Assembly: GCA_964016885.1 (NCBI GenBank)
Contig: OZ024742.1
Coordinates: 377,456,001 to 377,520,000, forward strand
From: Eledone cirrhosa
Taxonomy: Eukaryota
Length of the DNA: 64,000 nucleotides
Reading direction: 5' to 3'
Positions 37,869-49,068 of the stretch are shown here, piece by piece. Position 1 is the first letter of the stretch. Each line of letters begins with the position of its first letter. The translations under genes were made by a program, and so were the position numbers. Under the pieces are notes generated by a model. The model did no database searches and had not been told where the DNA came from. It saw only the letters and a program-made list of their open reading frames with translations.

Positions 37869-38677
37869 CTAGCAGTAAAGCCCGGCGTTGCTCGGGGTTG
37901 CTCAGTAGCTGTGTTAAAGTTACAATTTTAAGTTTCTTTTTTGGCTTAAAAACTGTAGTGTCTACTGTGCAGATTGCATGTGGTGTTTTTGATTAATATT
38001 CCCTCAACCAACAATATGCCTTATGAAGTTAAGAAAACATAACGATAACCCGAATGTTATAACAAAAGAGGATGCTGGGGATAAAAACTGCACTGGTTAT
38101 TTATTAACAAAGATCGAAAATGTAAACACTGCAACGCAGAGAAAAACATTAGCGTAACCAAATTATCAGTTATGTCTGTCTGCACGCCTATATCACCTCT
38201 CTGCACGACTGTCTGTCTGCACGCCTGAAATATTTGCTTGTTTTACGTAGTCTTTAAATAGACTTGTTTTCAAGGAAAAATATTGTTTTAAAATGCTTTT
38301 AAATGGAAATGAAGCAAAACGGAAGCTTAGTGTTCGAACTGATGAATTTTGCAGGTCAATATTTTGCTGGCTCAACAACTGTTCGTGTATTGTGTTAATG
38401 TCATTTTAAACGCTGAGAAAGCCAGCGTAATTTTTTACGTAAGACGCTCAATGTAAACAGAACAAAGGGAAGTAACTGATAACTTACGCTCAAAAATCGA
38501 TACATTATATTCGATTTCGTCACATAGGGTGGGTCAATTTGAAATATTTTTTTTCCGATGTCTTCGCTAGGGCTCAATATACAAGTATAGCAATTTCGGT
38601 GCAATTCCGTCAGAGATTCTAAGAGGAGATGTGTGCCAAAATCGATAGACAGACAACCACAGTTTTATATATATAGA
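37869..38677 (-). mobile_element. Non-autonomous Helitron, copy 1
   Basis: Minus strand starts TCTATATATATAAAACTGTGG and ends CCCGAGCAACGCCGGG hairpin + CTTTACTGCTAG. Inserted between A and T with no TSD; removing it restores a 34-bp satellite monomer. Confidence 0.9.
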
Positions 38678-38861
38678 TCATATATCAACATAACTGTAAC
38701 TATATATTATATATTAACATAGCTGTAACTATATATTATATATCAACATAGCTGTAACTATATATTATATATTAACATAGCTGTAACTATATATTATATT
38801 ATGAATTGACATAACTGTAACTATATATTATACATCAACATAGCTGTAACTATATATTATA
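38678..38861. repeat. Satellite spacer (about 6 monomers) between Helitron copies
   Basis: Same 29/34-bp monomers. Confidence 0.95.
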
Positions 38862-39885
38862 CTAGCAGTAAAGCCCGGCGTTGCTCGGGGTCGCTCAGTA
38901 GCTGTGTTAAAGTTACAATGTTAAGTTTCTTTTTTGGCTTAAAAACTGTAGTGTCTACTCTGCAGACTCGCATGTGGTGTTTTTGATTAATATTCCCTCA
39001 ACCAACAATATGCCGTATGAAGTTAAGAAAACATAACGATAACCCGAATGTTATAACAAAAGAGGATGCTGGGGATAAAAACTTCACTGGTTATTTATTA
39101 ACAAAGATCGAAAATGTAAACACTGCAACGCAGAGAAAAACATTAGCGTAACCAAATTATCAGTTATGTCTGTCTGCACGCCTATATCACCTCTCTGCAC
39201 GACTATCTGTCTGCACGCCTATATCACCTCTCTGCACGACTGTCTGTCTGCACGCCTATATCAACTCTCTGCACGACTGTCTGTCTGCACGCCTATATCA
39301 CCTCTCTGCACGTCTGTCTGTCTGCACGCCTATATCACCTCTCTGCACGACTATCTGTCTGCACGCCTATATCACCTCTCTGCACGACTGTCTGTCTGCA
39401 CGCGTATATAACCTCTCTGCACGAATGTCTGTCTGCACGACTGTCTGTCTGCACGCCTAACGACGAAATATTTGCTTGTTTTACGTAGTCTTTAAATAGA
39501 CTTGTTTTCAAGTAAAAATATTGTTTTAAAATGCTTTTAAATGGAAATGAAGCAAAACGGAAGCTTAGTGTTCGAACTGATGAATTTTGCAGGTCAATAT
39601 TTTGCTGGCTCGACAACTGAGAAAGCCAGCGTAATTTTTTACGTAAGACGCTCAATGTAAACAGAACAAAGGGAAATAACTGATAACTTACGCTCAAAAA
39701 TCGATACATTATATTCGATTTCGTCACATAGGGTGGGTCAATTTGAAATATTTTTTTCCGATGTCTTCGCTAGGGCTCAATGTACAAGTATAGCAATTTC
39801 GGTGCAATTCCGTGAGAGATTCTAAGAGGAGATGTGTGCCAAAAATCGATAGACAGACAGACAACCACAGTTATATATATATAGA
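38862..39885 (-). mobile_element. Non-autonomous Helitron, copy 2
   Basis: Same TC...hairpin-CTAG termini; internal 37-bp array expanded; lacks a 34-bp segment present in copies 1 and 4. Confidence 0.9.
39167..39458. repeat. 37-bp minisatellite inside Helitron (TGTCTGTCTGCACGCCTATATCACCTCTCTGCACGAC), about 7.5 units
   Basis: Direct reading; explains the 37-aa periodicity of the spurious ORF 39166-39411. Confidence 0.95.
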
Positions 39886-40705
39886 CTAGCAGTAAAGCCC
39901 GGCGTTGCTCGGGGTCGCTCAGTAGCTGTGTTAAAGTTACAATGTTAAGTTTCTTTCTTGGCTTAAAAACTGTAGTGTCTACTGTGCAGACTTGCATGTG
40001 GTGTTTTTGATTAATATTCCCTCAACCAACAATATGCCTTATGAAGTTAAGAAAACATAACGATAACCCGAATGTTATAACAAAAGAGGATGCTGGGGAT
40101 AGAAACTGCACTGGTTATTTATTAACCAAGATCGAAAATGTAAACACTGCAACGCAGAGAAAAACATTAGCGTAACCAAATTATCAGTTATGTCTGTCTG
40201 CACGCCTATATCACCTCTCTGCACGACTGTCTGTCTGCACGCCTATATCACCTCTCTGCACGACTGTCTGTCTGCACGACTGTCTGTCTGCACGCCTAAC
40301 GACGAAATATTTGCTTGTTTTACGTAGTCTTTAAATAGACTTGTTTTCAAGTAAAAATATTGTTTTAAAATGCTTTTAAATGGAAATGAAGCGAAACGGA
40401 AGCTTCGTGTATTGTGTTAATGTCATTTTAAACGCTGAGAAAGCCAGCGTAATTTTTTACGTAAGACGCTCAATGTAAACAGAACAAAGGGAAATAACTG
40501 ATAACTTACGCTCAAAAATCGATACATTATATTCGATTTCGTCACATAGGGTGGGTCAATTTGAAATATTTTTTTTTCCGATGTCTTCGCTAGGGCTCAA
40601 TGTACAAATATAGCAATTTCGGTGCAATTCCGTGAGAGATTCTAAGAGGAGATGTGTGCCAAAAATCGATAGACAGACAGACAACCACAGTTTTATATAT
40701 ATAGA
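39886..40705 (-). mobile_element. Non-autonomous Helitron, copy 3, fused head-to-tail with copy 2
   Basis: Junction ATAGA|CTAGC at 39885/39886 (minus strand CTAG|TC) with no spacer. Confidence 0.9.
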
Positions 40706-41262
40706 TTATATATTAACATAACTGTAACTATATATTATATTATATATTAACATAACTGTAACTATATATTATATATCAACATAGCTGTAACTATATATTA
40801 TATTATATATCAACATAGCTGTAACTATATATTATATTATATATTAACATAACTGTAACTATATATTATATATCAACATAGCTGTAACTATATATTATAT
40901 TATATATTAACATAGCTGTAACTATATATTATATTATATATCAACGTAGCTGTAACTATATATTATATTATATGTTAACATAGCTGTAACTATATATTAT
41001 ATTATAAATTAACATAGCTGTAACTATATATTATATATTAACATAACTGTAACTATATATTATATTACAAATTAACATAACTGTAACTATATATTATATA
41101 TCAACAAAGTGTAACTATTTATATTATATATTGACATGCTGTAACTATATATTATATATCAACATAACTGTAACTATATATTATTTATCAACATAACTGT
41201 AACTATATCACAGCTATAACTATATCACAGCTATAGCAATATTATAACTGTAACTATATATT
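40706..41262. repeat. Terminal, progressively degenerate segment of the satellite
   Basis: 29/34-bp monomers with deletions, then a 17-bp unit AACTATATCACAGCTAT x2 at 41201-41234. Confidence 0.9.
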
Positions 41263-41369
41263 GTACGGAAAGAAAGATTGGCTAGAACATGGAATACATT
41301 GCTTACCAGTTTGTGTTTGAAAATGTTTTCCATCTGTAAAATCTGAAAGCAGTATAGGGAGTAAAGTTG

Positions 41370-42150
41370 CACAAATAAGAAGCACAGCAAACATGCCATT
41401 TACAGTTGTACAGATCGAAACAAAAGAGGGAATTATAAAAACAAAGACAATCCTTATCACAAGAGGGATATTCCGAAGGGATTCGTTCCTTCATTATTTT
41501 TCTATCTGTTGCTGTCAACTACACCCAGCATGTTGAATCAAATTGAATGCAGTAGAAGTACTATAGTGGGGTGGGTGGGGGTGACAATCATTATCTCCTG
41601 CATGAGGATGAGAACTAACTGATTGATGCAACGGACAAACATGTCCATATCCTCTTACATAACGATGTGTGGATTCTGTAGGGAAATTAACATGAAATCT
41701 GGTATGAAATGTAATGTGCCAGTGTAAGACTGAAGAGAGAAAAACTAATTAAAATCAGCAATATCATGTTATATAAAGATACAGGGATGAGAGAATTACA
41801 CCAACGATAAACTACAAATACTTTTTAAAATTCAATGAACTAGACAATGTACACCACACACAAATAAAGGAAAAGGTCAGGAAAATATTATTGCGGTCTT
41901 ACATTGATACTGAATATAAAGTAATAGATAAAAATATAAGTTATCCTTATATTGATGTATATAATATTCTGAATTGGAATTTAATTGAATTAGCAAGACT
42001 ATCTATAAAGGTAGAAAAAGAAGGAAAATAATAAGTGTTTATAGAACAACACAGAGAAGCAGGATATAACGATTATATTTACAATGAAGGAAGAGAAGAG
42101 AGCCATGTGACATCTGGAATTCTGCAACGACAACATATTATAAAATATCA
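41370..42150 (+). pseudogene. Highly decayed R4/Dong-like LINE reverse transcriptase fragment
   Basis: Manual translation across frameshifts gives QIETKEGIIKTKTILITRGIFRRDS (cf. IKRGIFQGDS), then YKY..NELDNVHHTQIKEKVRK and NILNWNLIELARL, collinear with the LINE at 50.6-54.2 kb. Confidence 0.7.
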
Positions 42151-42977
42151 AGTATTAATATTAAAGAAAACATAATTCGAAACACAAAGCAAACAAAACC
42201 TGTTTTTTTCTATATTCAATGTAACAAATAGATATAAAGGAAGACCAAACTGGAATACGAAGAAGCTAATGAGGGTTTACACCAGGAAAATAAACGAATT
42301 ATATAATGCGTAGTTTGGGAAATTTGATAAGTTCGTGTGCCGATAGGATGAATAAGAAAGGATTTTCTTTTATGGTTGTAAATAATATTGAAGGGATTAA
42401 GGTAGAAGTGTATGAGGGTGACCAGGCAGTAAATAAATCGTAGAATAACACTAGTAACAGTAGAACAATACACGGGCATATATACATATATACATACACA
42501 CAAACACACTCGTGTGTGGACATGTATATATATACACACACACACAAACACACTCGTGTGTGGACATGTATATATACATATGCATGTATATATACACACA
42601 CACACACACACACATACACATATATATATATATATATATATATACAGTGTATTTTGCAATACACTGTATGCTTAATTAAAAGCATTTCCAAGACCTTACG
42701 CTATTGTTTTAGAGTAGTGACAGTCTCACTTACTTTAAATGTTCAGCAAACAGGGGATGTGTGTGTGTGTGTGTATACGTATATATATATAATATAAGTA
42801 TGTGTTCCTACATGTAAATAATACACATAGGGGTACAAGCATAATCCGACCGTATGCAAGAGTGGTTCAATGGCAAGTTAATAAATTAACAAGCCAGAAC
42901 ATATAAAATCAAGGGAAAGCAAATAAAGAAAAAAATTAAAAATATATTTCAAAACATTCACTGTACTTACTATATAT

Positions 42978-43059
42978 GCCTTTACCGCGGTTTCAGATCC
43001 CAAAACAAATAGATAATCCAAGCGGATTTCTATTGACAAACAGATCCTCGTCAGAAGGC
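42978..43059 (-). ncRNA. Type I hammerhead ribozyme A1
   Basis: GCCUU CUGACGA GGAUC[long stem II]GAUCU GAAA CCGCGG UA AAGGC. Confidence 0.85.
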
Positions 43060-43220
43060 TATTCTCCCTCGGAGAATATAAAATTCCCGAGTTCAAATTA
43101 TAAACTGGCGCCATACAAAACTGCCCCAGCAAATGAATGATGAAACAATTTTGTCTAGTACCGTGTGCAAAGACTGGAATTAAGGTGGACAGGGAATTCT
43201 ATATTCTCAGAGGGAGAAAA

Positions 43221-43302
43221 GCCTTCTGACGAGGATCTCTTTCTCAATGGAAATCCGCTTGGAATATCTATTTGTTTTGGGATCTGAAACCGCGGTAAAA
43301 GC
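43221..43302 (+). ncRNA. Type I hammerhead ribozyme A2 (one stem I mismatch)
   Basis: GCCUU CUGACGA GGAUC...GAUCU GAAA CCGCGG UA AAAGC. Confidence 0.78.
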
Positions 43303-43533
43303 ACATATAGTAAGTACAGTGAATTTTTTGAAATTTATTTAAACATTTTTTCTTTATTTGCTTTCATTTATTTTATTTTATTTATTTTATTTTAAATTTT
43401 TTTCTTTATTTGCTTTCAGTTTTTGCACTCGGTACTAGACAAAATTGTTTCATCATTCATTTGGTGGGGCAGTTTTGTATGGCGCCAGTTTATAATTTGA
43501 ACACGGAAATTATATATTCTCCGAGGGAGAAAA

Positions 43534-43615
43534 GCCTTCTGACGAGGATCTCTTTCTCAATGGAAATCCGCTTGGATTATCTATTTGTTTTGGGATCTGA
43601 AACCGCGGTAAAGGC
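43534..43615 (+). ncRNA. Type I hammerhead ribozyme A3; predicted cleavage after GUA at 43610
   Basis: Intact core, 5-bp stem I GCCUU/AAGGC, palindromic stem III ACCGCGGU. Confidence 0.87.
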
Positions 43616-43683
43616 ACATATAGTAAGTACAGTGAATTTTTAAAAATTTATTTTAACATTTTTTCTTTATTTGCTTTCCCTTG

Positions 43684-43745
<62 letters not shown>

Positions 43746-43793
43746 TATGTATGTATACGTACATACATACATGTATACAGACGTACAGTAGCA

Positions 43794-43849
<56 letters not shown>

Positions 43850-44002
43850 CATACAGGTACACATATATATATGTACGTATCAGTTTAGCGGACGTTTATT
43901 ATAACACCCGCTGTGTCCGTTTGTAAACAACGGACAGCGTGATTTATGCGGTACGGTGTTAAGGCAACCACGTCACCTTTTTGTTCAACACTGACACAGG
44001 AA

Positions 44003-44043
44003 CGATGTACTAGTTTCAAGCTTCTTAGCTATCATCAGCACCG
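44003..44043 (-). ncRNA. Minimal type I hammerhead ribozyme B1
   Basis: Reverse complement of CGGUG CUGAUGA UAGCU AAGA AGCUU GAAA CUAG UA CAUCG. Confidence 0.82.
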
Positions 44044-44279
44044 TATACCCTTCTGCCAGATGGTTGAACGTTCGAAAGTATATACTTTCCTTATGAAAAT
44101 TAACGGCTGAGCAGCCTAATTTGCATATCGAGTGAGTTCAGTCGAACAGGCGTACCGGAAACGATAAGTTGTAATAGAATGAAACGAAATTTAATTTCTC
44201 ACTCTTAGTACGGCACTTACTTAAATGTAAGTATGTATGTATACGTACATACATACATGTATACAGACGTACAGTAACA

Positions 44280-44329
<50 letters not shown>

Positions 44330-44570
44330 CAGGTACACATATATATATGTACGTATCAGTTTAGTGGACGTTTATTATAACGCCCACTTTTAAGTAAGTG
44401 CCGTACTAAGAGTGAGAAATGAAATTTCGTTTCATTCTATTACAACTTATCGTTTTCGGTACGCCTGGCCGACTGAACTCACTCGATATGCAAATTAGGC
44501 TGCTCAGCCGTTAATTTTCATAAGGAAAGTATATACTTTCGAACGTTCAACCATCTGGCAGAAGGGTATG

Positions 44571-44611
44571 CGGTGCTGATGATAGCTAAGAAGCTTGAAA
44601 CTAGTACATCG
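44571..44611 (+). ncRNA. Minimal type I hammerhead ribozyme B2; predicted cleavage after 44606
   Basis: CGGUG CUGAUGA UAGCU AAGA AGCUU GAAA CUAG UA CAUCG; palindromic stem III ACUAGU. Confidence 0.82.
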
Positions 44612-44761
44612 TTCCTGTGTCAATGTTGAACAAAAAGGTGACGTGGTTGCCTTAACACCGTACCGCATAAATCAGGCTGTCCATTTGATTACAAACGGAC
44701 AAACCGGGCGTTATAATAAACGTCCGCTAAACTGATACGTACATATATGTATGTGTACCTG

Positions 44762-44833
<72 letters not shown>

Positions 44834-45069
44834 TGCTACTGTACTTCTGTATACATGTATGTATGTACGTATACATACATACTTACATTTAAGTAAGTGC
44901 TGTACTAAGAGTGAGAAATGAATTATCGTTTCATTCTATTACAACTTATCGTTTTCGGTACGCCTGGCCGACTGAACTCACTCGATATGCAAATTAGGCT
45001 GCTCAGCCGTTAATTTTCATAAGGAAAGTATATACTTTCGAACGTTCAACCATCTGGCAGAAGGGTATA

Positions 45070-45110
45070 CGGTGCTGATGATAGCTAAGAAGCTTGAAAC
45101 TAGTACATCG
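45070..45110 (+). ncRNA. Minimal type I hammerhead ribozyme B3; predicted cleavage after 45105
   Basis: Identical 41-nt motif to B1 and B2. Confidence 0.82.
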
Positions 45111-45259
45111 TTCATGTGTCAGTGTTGAACAAAAAGGTGACGTGGTTGCCTTAACACCGTACGGCATAAGTCAGGCTGTCCGTTTGTTTACAAACGGACA
45201 AAGCGGGTATTATAATAAACGTCCGCTAAACTGATACGTACATATATATATATGTGTAC

Positions 45260-45312
<53 letters not shown>

Positions 45313-45423
45313 TGCTACTGTACGTCTGTATACATGTATGTATGTACGTATACATACATACTTACATTTAAGTAAGTGCCGTACTAAGAGTGAGAAATGA
45401 AATTTCGTTTCATTCTATTACAA

Positions 45424-45497
<74 letters not shown>

Positions 45498-45714
45498 AAA
45501 ATGGAACGGGAACAAAACAGAGAGGCAGTACGAACAAAGGTTTATTAGTTATATACATATATATATATATATATATATAAAGTAAGTATGTTTTGAAACA
45601 GTGAGCAGGTTTGAAATTAGAAAATAGAATAGCTTTCACCGTGTTTTTGACTAAAGAAATTTTAGTCTGATAATGAGGTTTAGAACCCTCAGTTAAATGG
45701 AAAAAGATGAGTAT

Positions 45715-45784
45715 TGACGTACATGGGAGTCGATCCACATCTTTGGTTATACAGACCACTGTGCTACCATTACACCAACCCATC
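45715..45784 (-). tRNA. tRNA-like sequence or pseudogene (Gln-like D arm, loop CUGUAUA)
   Basis: TGGTGTAATGGTAGCAC (A box/D arm), TGGT-CTGTATA-ACCA, GTGGATCGACTCCCAT (degenerate B box/T arm). Confidence 0.55.
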
Positions 45785-45982
45785 ACCCATCTCCTTCCAT
45801 TCAAATTAGAAGCTACATTCTTAGCGAGTATAAATGACAAGTAAGTATGTTTTGAAACAGTGAGCAGGTTGAAAGCTATTCTATTTTCTAATTTCAAACC
45901 TGCTCACTGTTTCAAAACATACTTACTTGTCATTTATACTCGCTAAGAATGTAGCTTCTAATTTGAATGGAAGGAGATGGGT

Positions 45983-46053
45983 GATGTGTTGGTGTAATGG
46001 TATCACAGTGGTCGCAATAACCAAAGATGTGGGTTCGACTTCCATGTACGTCA
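45983..46053 (+). tRNA. tRNA-like sequence or pseudogene followed by a T5 Pol III terminator (46063-46067)
   Basis: 71 nt: acceptor GATGTGT/GTACGTC+A, A box TGGTGTAATGG, B box GGTTCGACTTC; anticodon loop CGCAATA differs from the other copies. Confidence 0.6.
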
Positions 46054-46190
46054 ATACTCATCTTTTTCCATTTATCTGAGGGTTCTAAACCCCATTATCA
46101 GACTAAAATTTCTTTAGTCAAAAATACGGTGAAAGCTATTCTATATATATATATATACTGTATATATATATATATGTGTTTATATATATA

Positions 46191-46465
46191 TATTAGGAAT
46201 ATAAGAAAAACAGTAGAACATGGTAATGGGATTTTATCATAACAGTAAAACATTTATTTAAAAAAAGGAATTTTATCGAACTGGTTTCAGCCAAAAATTG
46301 TTTAGGCTTCTTCATGCTACAGGAAATATGGTTATATGTGTATAATAGAGTTTATAATAGAGTTAAGGTGTATATCAATAAGAAGAGGCTAAAATAGAAT
46401 GTGGTTTACATACATATAAATGAGTTCACATTTTCCTTTCTCTCTCTCTCTCCTTCTCCCTCTGT

Positions 46466-46520
<55 letters not shown>

Positions 46521-49068
46521 GAAATTGTTTTTCACCGTAAAGCGTTGCCCTTGTTTGAAGCTGAACTCCGATCCCATCTATGAGGTTGACGCATATACCG
46601 CATTTTTTACTGTTGGTTTCGTTCTTATGGTCGACTGGACTTTGACCTGTGTTAGGATATTTTTTCATTGACTTGGGTTGTCTTTTGCACTTTATAATGT
46701 TGTGCGTTTGAAGGATTTGGTTCATTCTATGATACCTTGTTAGTAAAGGTATATTCTGGAGTATGGTGTCGAAGGCCTCATTATTAAGAGGGTTGTGTGT
46801 GGAGATGTATGGTAGGGCTTTCAGTTTCTATTCGTTCTTTAGTTTTGGGTGTCTAAGATCCTGGATACTGAGTTTTAGGGCACGTTAGAATCCATTTTTA
46901 ATTAGGGATGGGTAATTCCTGCTAATGAGTGTGTCCTTTAATTCTTCTAGTCGTATGTAACAGGTGTTTCAGATACTATTGTACAAATCCTTTTTGCTAG
47001 GTTGTAAGGGATGTTCAATTTAGTGTGTCTCGGATGGCATGAGTAGAAAAGAAGGAAGGTATTGCTTGGAGTCTGTGGGCTTATAGTATATGTCTATTTC
47101 TATTTTGTTGTTAGTTTTCTTAATAAGAATGTCTAGCAAAGGAAGTTGCTGGTGGCTGTATTCCATCGTAAATTGAGTGTTTGTGTTAAGTCCATCTAGA
47201 AGTGCTTTAAATTCAATAAGTCTCTACATACTTTCAAGCCAGTGGATGAAACCATCATCTAGATATCTCCTCCAGTTATTTTCTATGTGTGGGTAGAAGG
47301 AGTTTCCGTATTTTTCTAATACTTTTCGGTAGAGGGGGATTTCCAGGTACCCCACGACCATGTAAGCATAAGAGGGGACCGTTTTCGTGCCCACGGCAGT
47401 CCCAGATTTCTGTCTGCATAATTTGTTATTGAATACGATGTAGTGATTCTCCAAGACAAATTTGAGCCCTTCGATTATAAATTCTTTTATGATGCGATGT
47501 GGGAGTTTATTGGAGTAATATTCTAGCCAGAATCGGATTGCTTCTATTCCTAGGTTGTGGGGATATTGGAATATAGGTTGACTACATCAAAAGACATTCG
47601 TAGGGTTTGTTTATTATTAAGTGTTTTGAGGAGGTGGTTGAGCATATTAATGTCGTCCCTTATGTAACATTTAATGTGTTTAAGGAATGGTTTTAATAGG
47701 ATATTAAGGAAGTTGCTGTGCAGTGGGTTTCGTAAGCGGGGCCTACTATTATAAGTCTTAATTTGAGGTCATTAGGTGAGGGGACATTGATGAATATATA
47801 TGTGGCTTCCTTGCATGACTTACTTATTTTTTCACTTTTGTGTATCTTAGGAATACCATAAAAAAGGCTGGATTGACTTTTAAAGTCAGTGATATAGTTG
47901 TGTTCCTTGTCGGTAAGTCCTTCTCTGTAAAGGTTTATCAGAGTTTTAGGTTTCTCATTATTTTCTGTTGACTATAGTGTTCGGCCTTTTGGTAGTATGC
48001 TTCATCTTCTAAAATGAAGAGCACTAAAGTAGCATAATAGTCCGTCTCCATTAGGACTACCGCACTCCCTTTATCGGCCACTTTGATTGTTATACTTTTA
48101 TCGTTCTTTCTTGCTGAAGTTTGGCCTGTGTTTATGTCCGTGTAGATGCTGATATGGGTAATTTGTAATGTGTTCGCAGAATTGGTCGAGAATTTTATTC
48201 TTACCTTTTGATGGAATGTAGTTGCTTCTATTTATTTCTAGCTAGTGAGTCGTCTTCATTGTACTTGTGGAGTTCCTCGCTAAGTCTTAGTTTTCTACAG
48301 AATTCCACAATGTCTTTCTTCATTTCGGCGTAGCCCTTTGGAGAGTATGTTGATTTGTTCTGTTGTTAGTTCTTTAGAGACTAAATTTATGACTTTTAAT
48401 ACTTTTGGTCTCTCCTGTATGTCTTGTGTCATCTCGCTTCCCTGTGTCTGTGTACTGGGTCTAAAAATGATTAAGGTAGTTGTCTTGGTTGTTGATGTTG
48501 GGTTGTGTCCTGTGGTTGTGTTGTTCCCTGTTGCTATTGAATGTTCGCGTTCGTGGTTGTGGGTTGATTAGAGCATCCCTATATTTAGTGTGTAGTTGTG
48601 TATCCCTATATATCATGTGTGGTTGTGTTTTAGGGACCCTTCGTTGTTGGATATATTGTGTAGTTTGGGTTTGTTGTGAATGGAAGTTAAGGGGGTTGAA
48701 CGAATGAAAATTTCCTTGGTATCTCCTTATTGGAGGGAAGCTCTAATGTCCATCCTGGGGGTGATGATATCTTATTTCTTTGTATGTTGCTGGGCTATCC
48801 GCGTAGTTGTTGTGCAGTTGGATTAAACAGTAAGGGTTAGTTATAGCCTTCTTTTTTTTGGTAGGGGAGAAGGTTGTGTTTTTTTGTTGGTTGTGGACCT
48901 GTATGTAAGTAATGTTTAGATTTTCTTATTTTTATGAAGAGGGTGTTGGAAGCGTATTCTGTTTGAAAGATCGTTCCATAGTTTAAAAACCAAGTTACAC
49001 TTTTTTTCCAGTGTTGAAGGGATTTCAGTTCCTCATTTTTGCAATCCTCTTTCCATAGATTTGAGAAT
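46191..49068 (-). mobile_element. Decayed Penelope-like retroelement (Neptune-type), main arm: RT present, GIY-YIG region deleted, 3' pLTR at 46191-46440
   Basis: ORF 47224-47454 has QKSGTAVGTKTVPSYA and WRRYLDDGFIHW; downstream FTMEYS.QQLPFLDI, DIYYKPTDSKQY, SCHPRHTKLNIPYNLAKRI and Cys linker KKCGICVNL; many stops and frameshifts. Confidence 0.9.

Larger units (their letters stand above)
42820..43688. mobile_element. HHR family A: non-coding PLE pLTR/retrozyme-like element; one minus arm (about 42820-43190) and two plus arms (43192-43365, 43414-43688)
   Basis: 43414-43688 is the reverse complement of about 42905-43179; each arm carries an HHR; (TA)n on the right. Confidence 0.8.
43742..45426. 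mobile_element. HHR family B: ~499-bp non-coding monomer; minus arm about 1.3 units (43742-44387), plus arm about 2.1 tandem units (44389-45426)
   Basis: Direct repeat with HHRs 499 bp apart plus an inverted copy; flanked on both sides by (TA)n. Confidence 0.85.
45580..46143. mobile_element. Family C: ~260-bp terminally redundant unit containing a tRNA-like module, as a head-to-head inverted pair
   Basis: AGTAAGTATGTTTTG at 45581 and 45840 (period 259); GAAAGCTATTCTA at 45871 and 46131 (period 260); arms are reverse complements; (TA)n flanks. Confidence 0.8.

Noticed and set aside
38339-38390. CTGATGA inside the Helitron as a hammerhead core
   Set aside because: No stem II followed by GAAA and no stem I; deleted in copy 3.
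38193-39997. ORFs inside the Helitron copies
   Set aside because: No Rep/helicase motifs; frames change between copies through indels; one is just the 37-bp repeat.
1-41262. CRISPR-like array (29-34-bp periodicity)
   Set aside because: No unique spacers, no cas genes, eukaryotic context; it is a tandem satellite.
41200-41400. Satellite derived from the adjacent LINE, or monomer lengths tuned to nucleosome/helical periodicity
   Set aside because: No alignable homology by eye, and the length coincidences are numerology without data.
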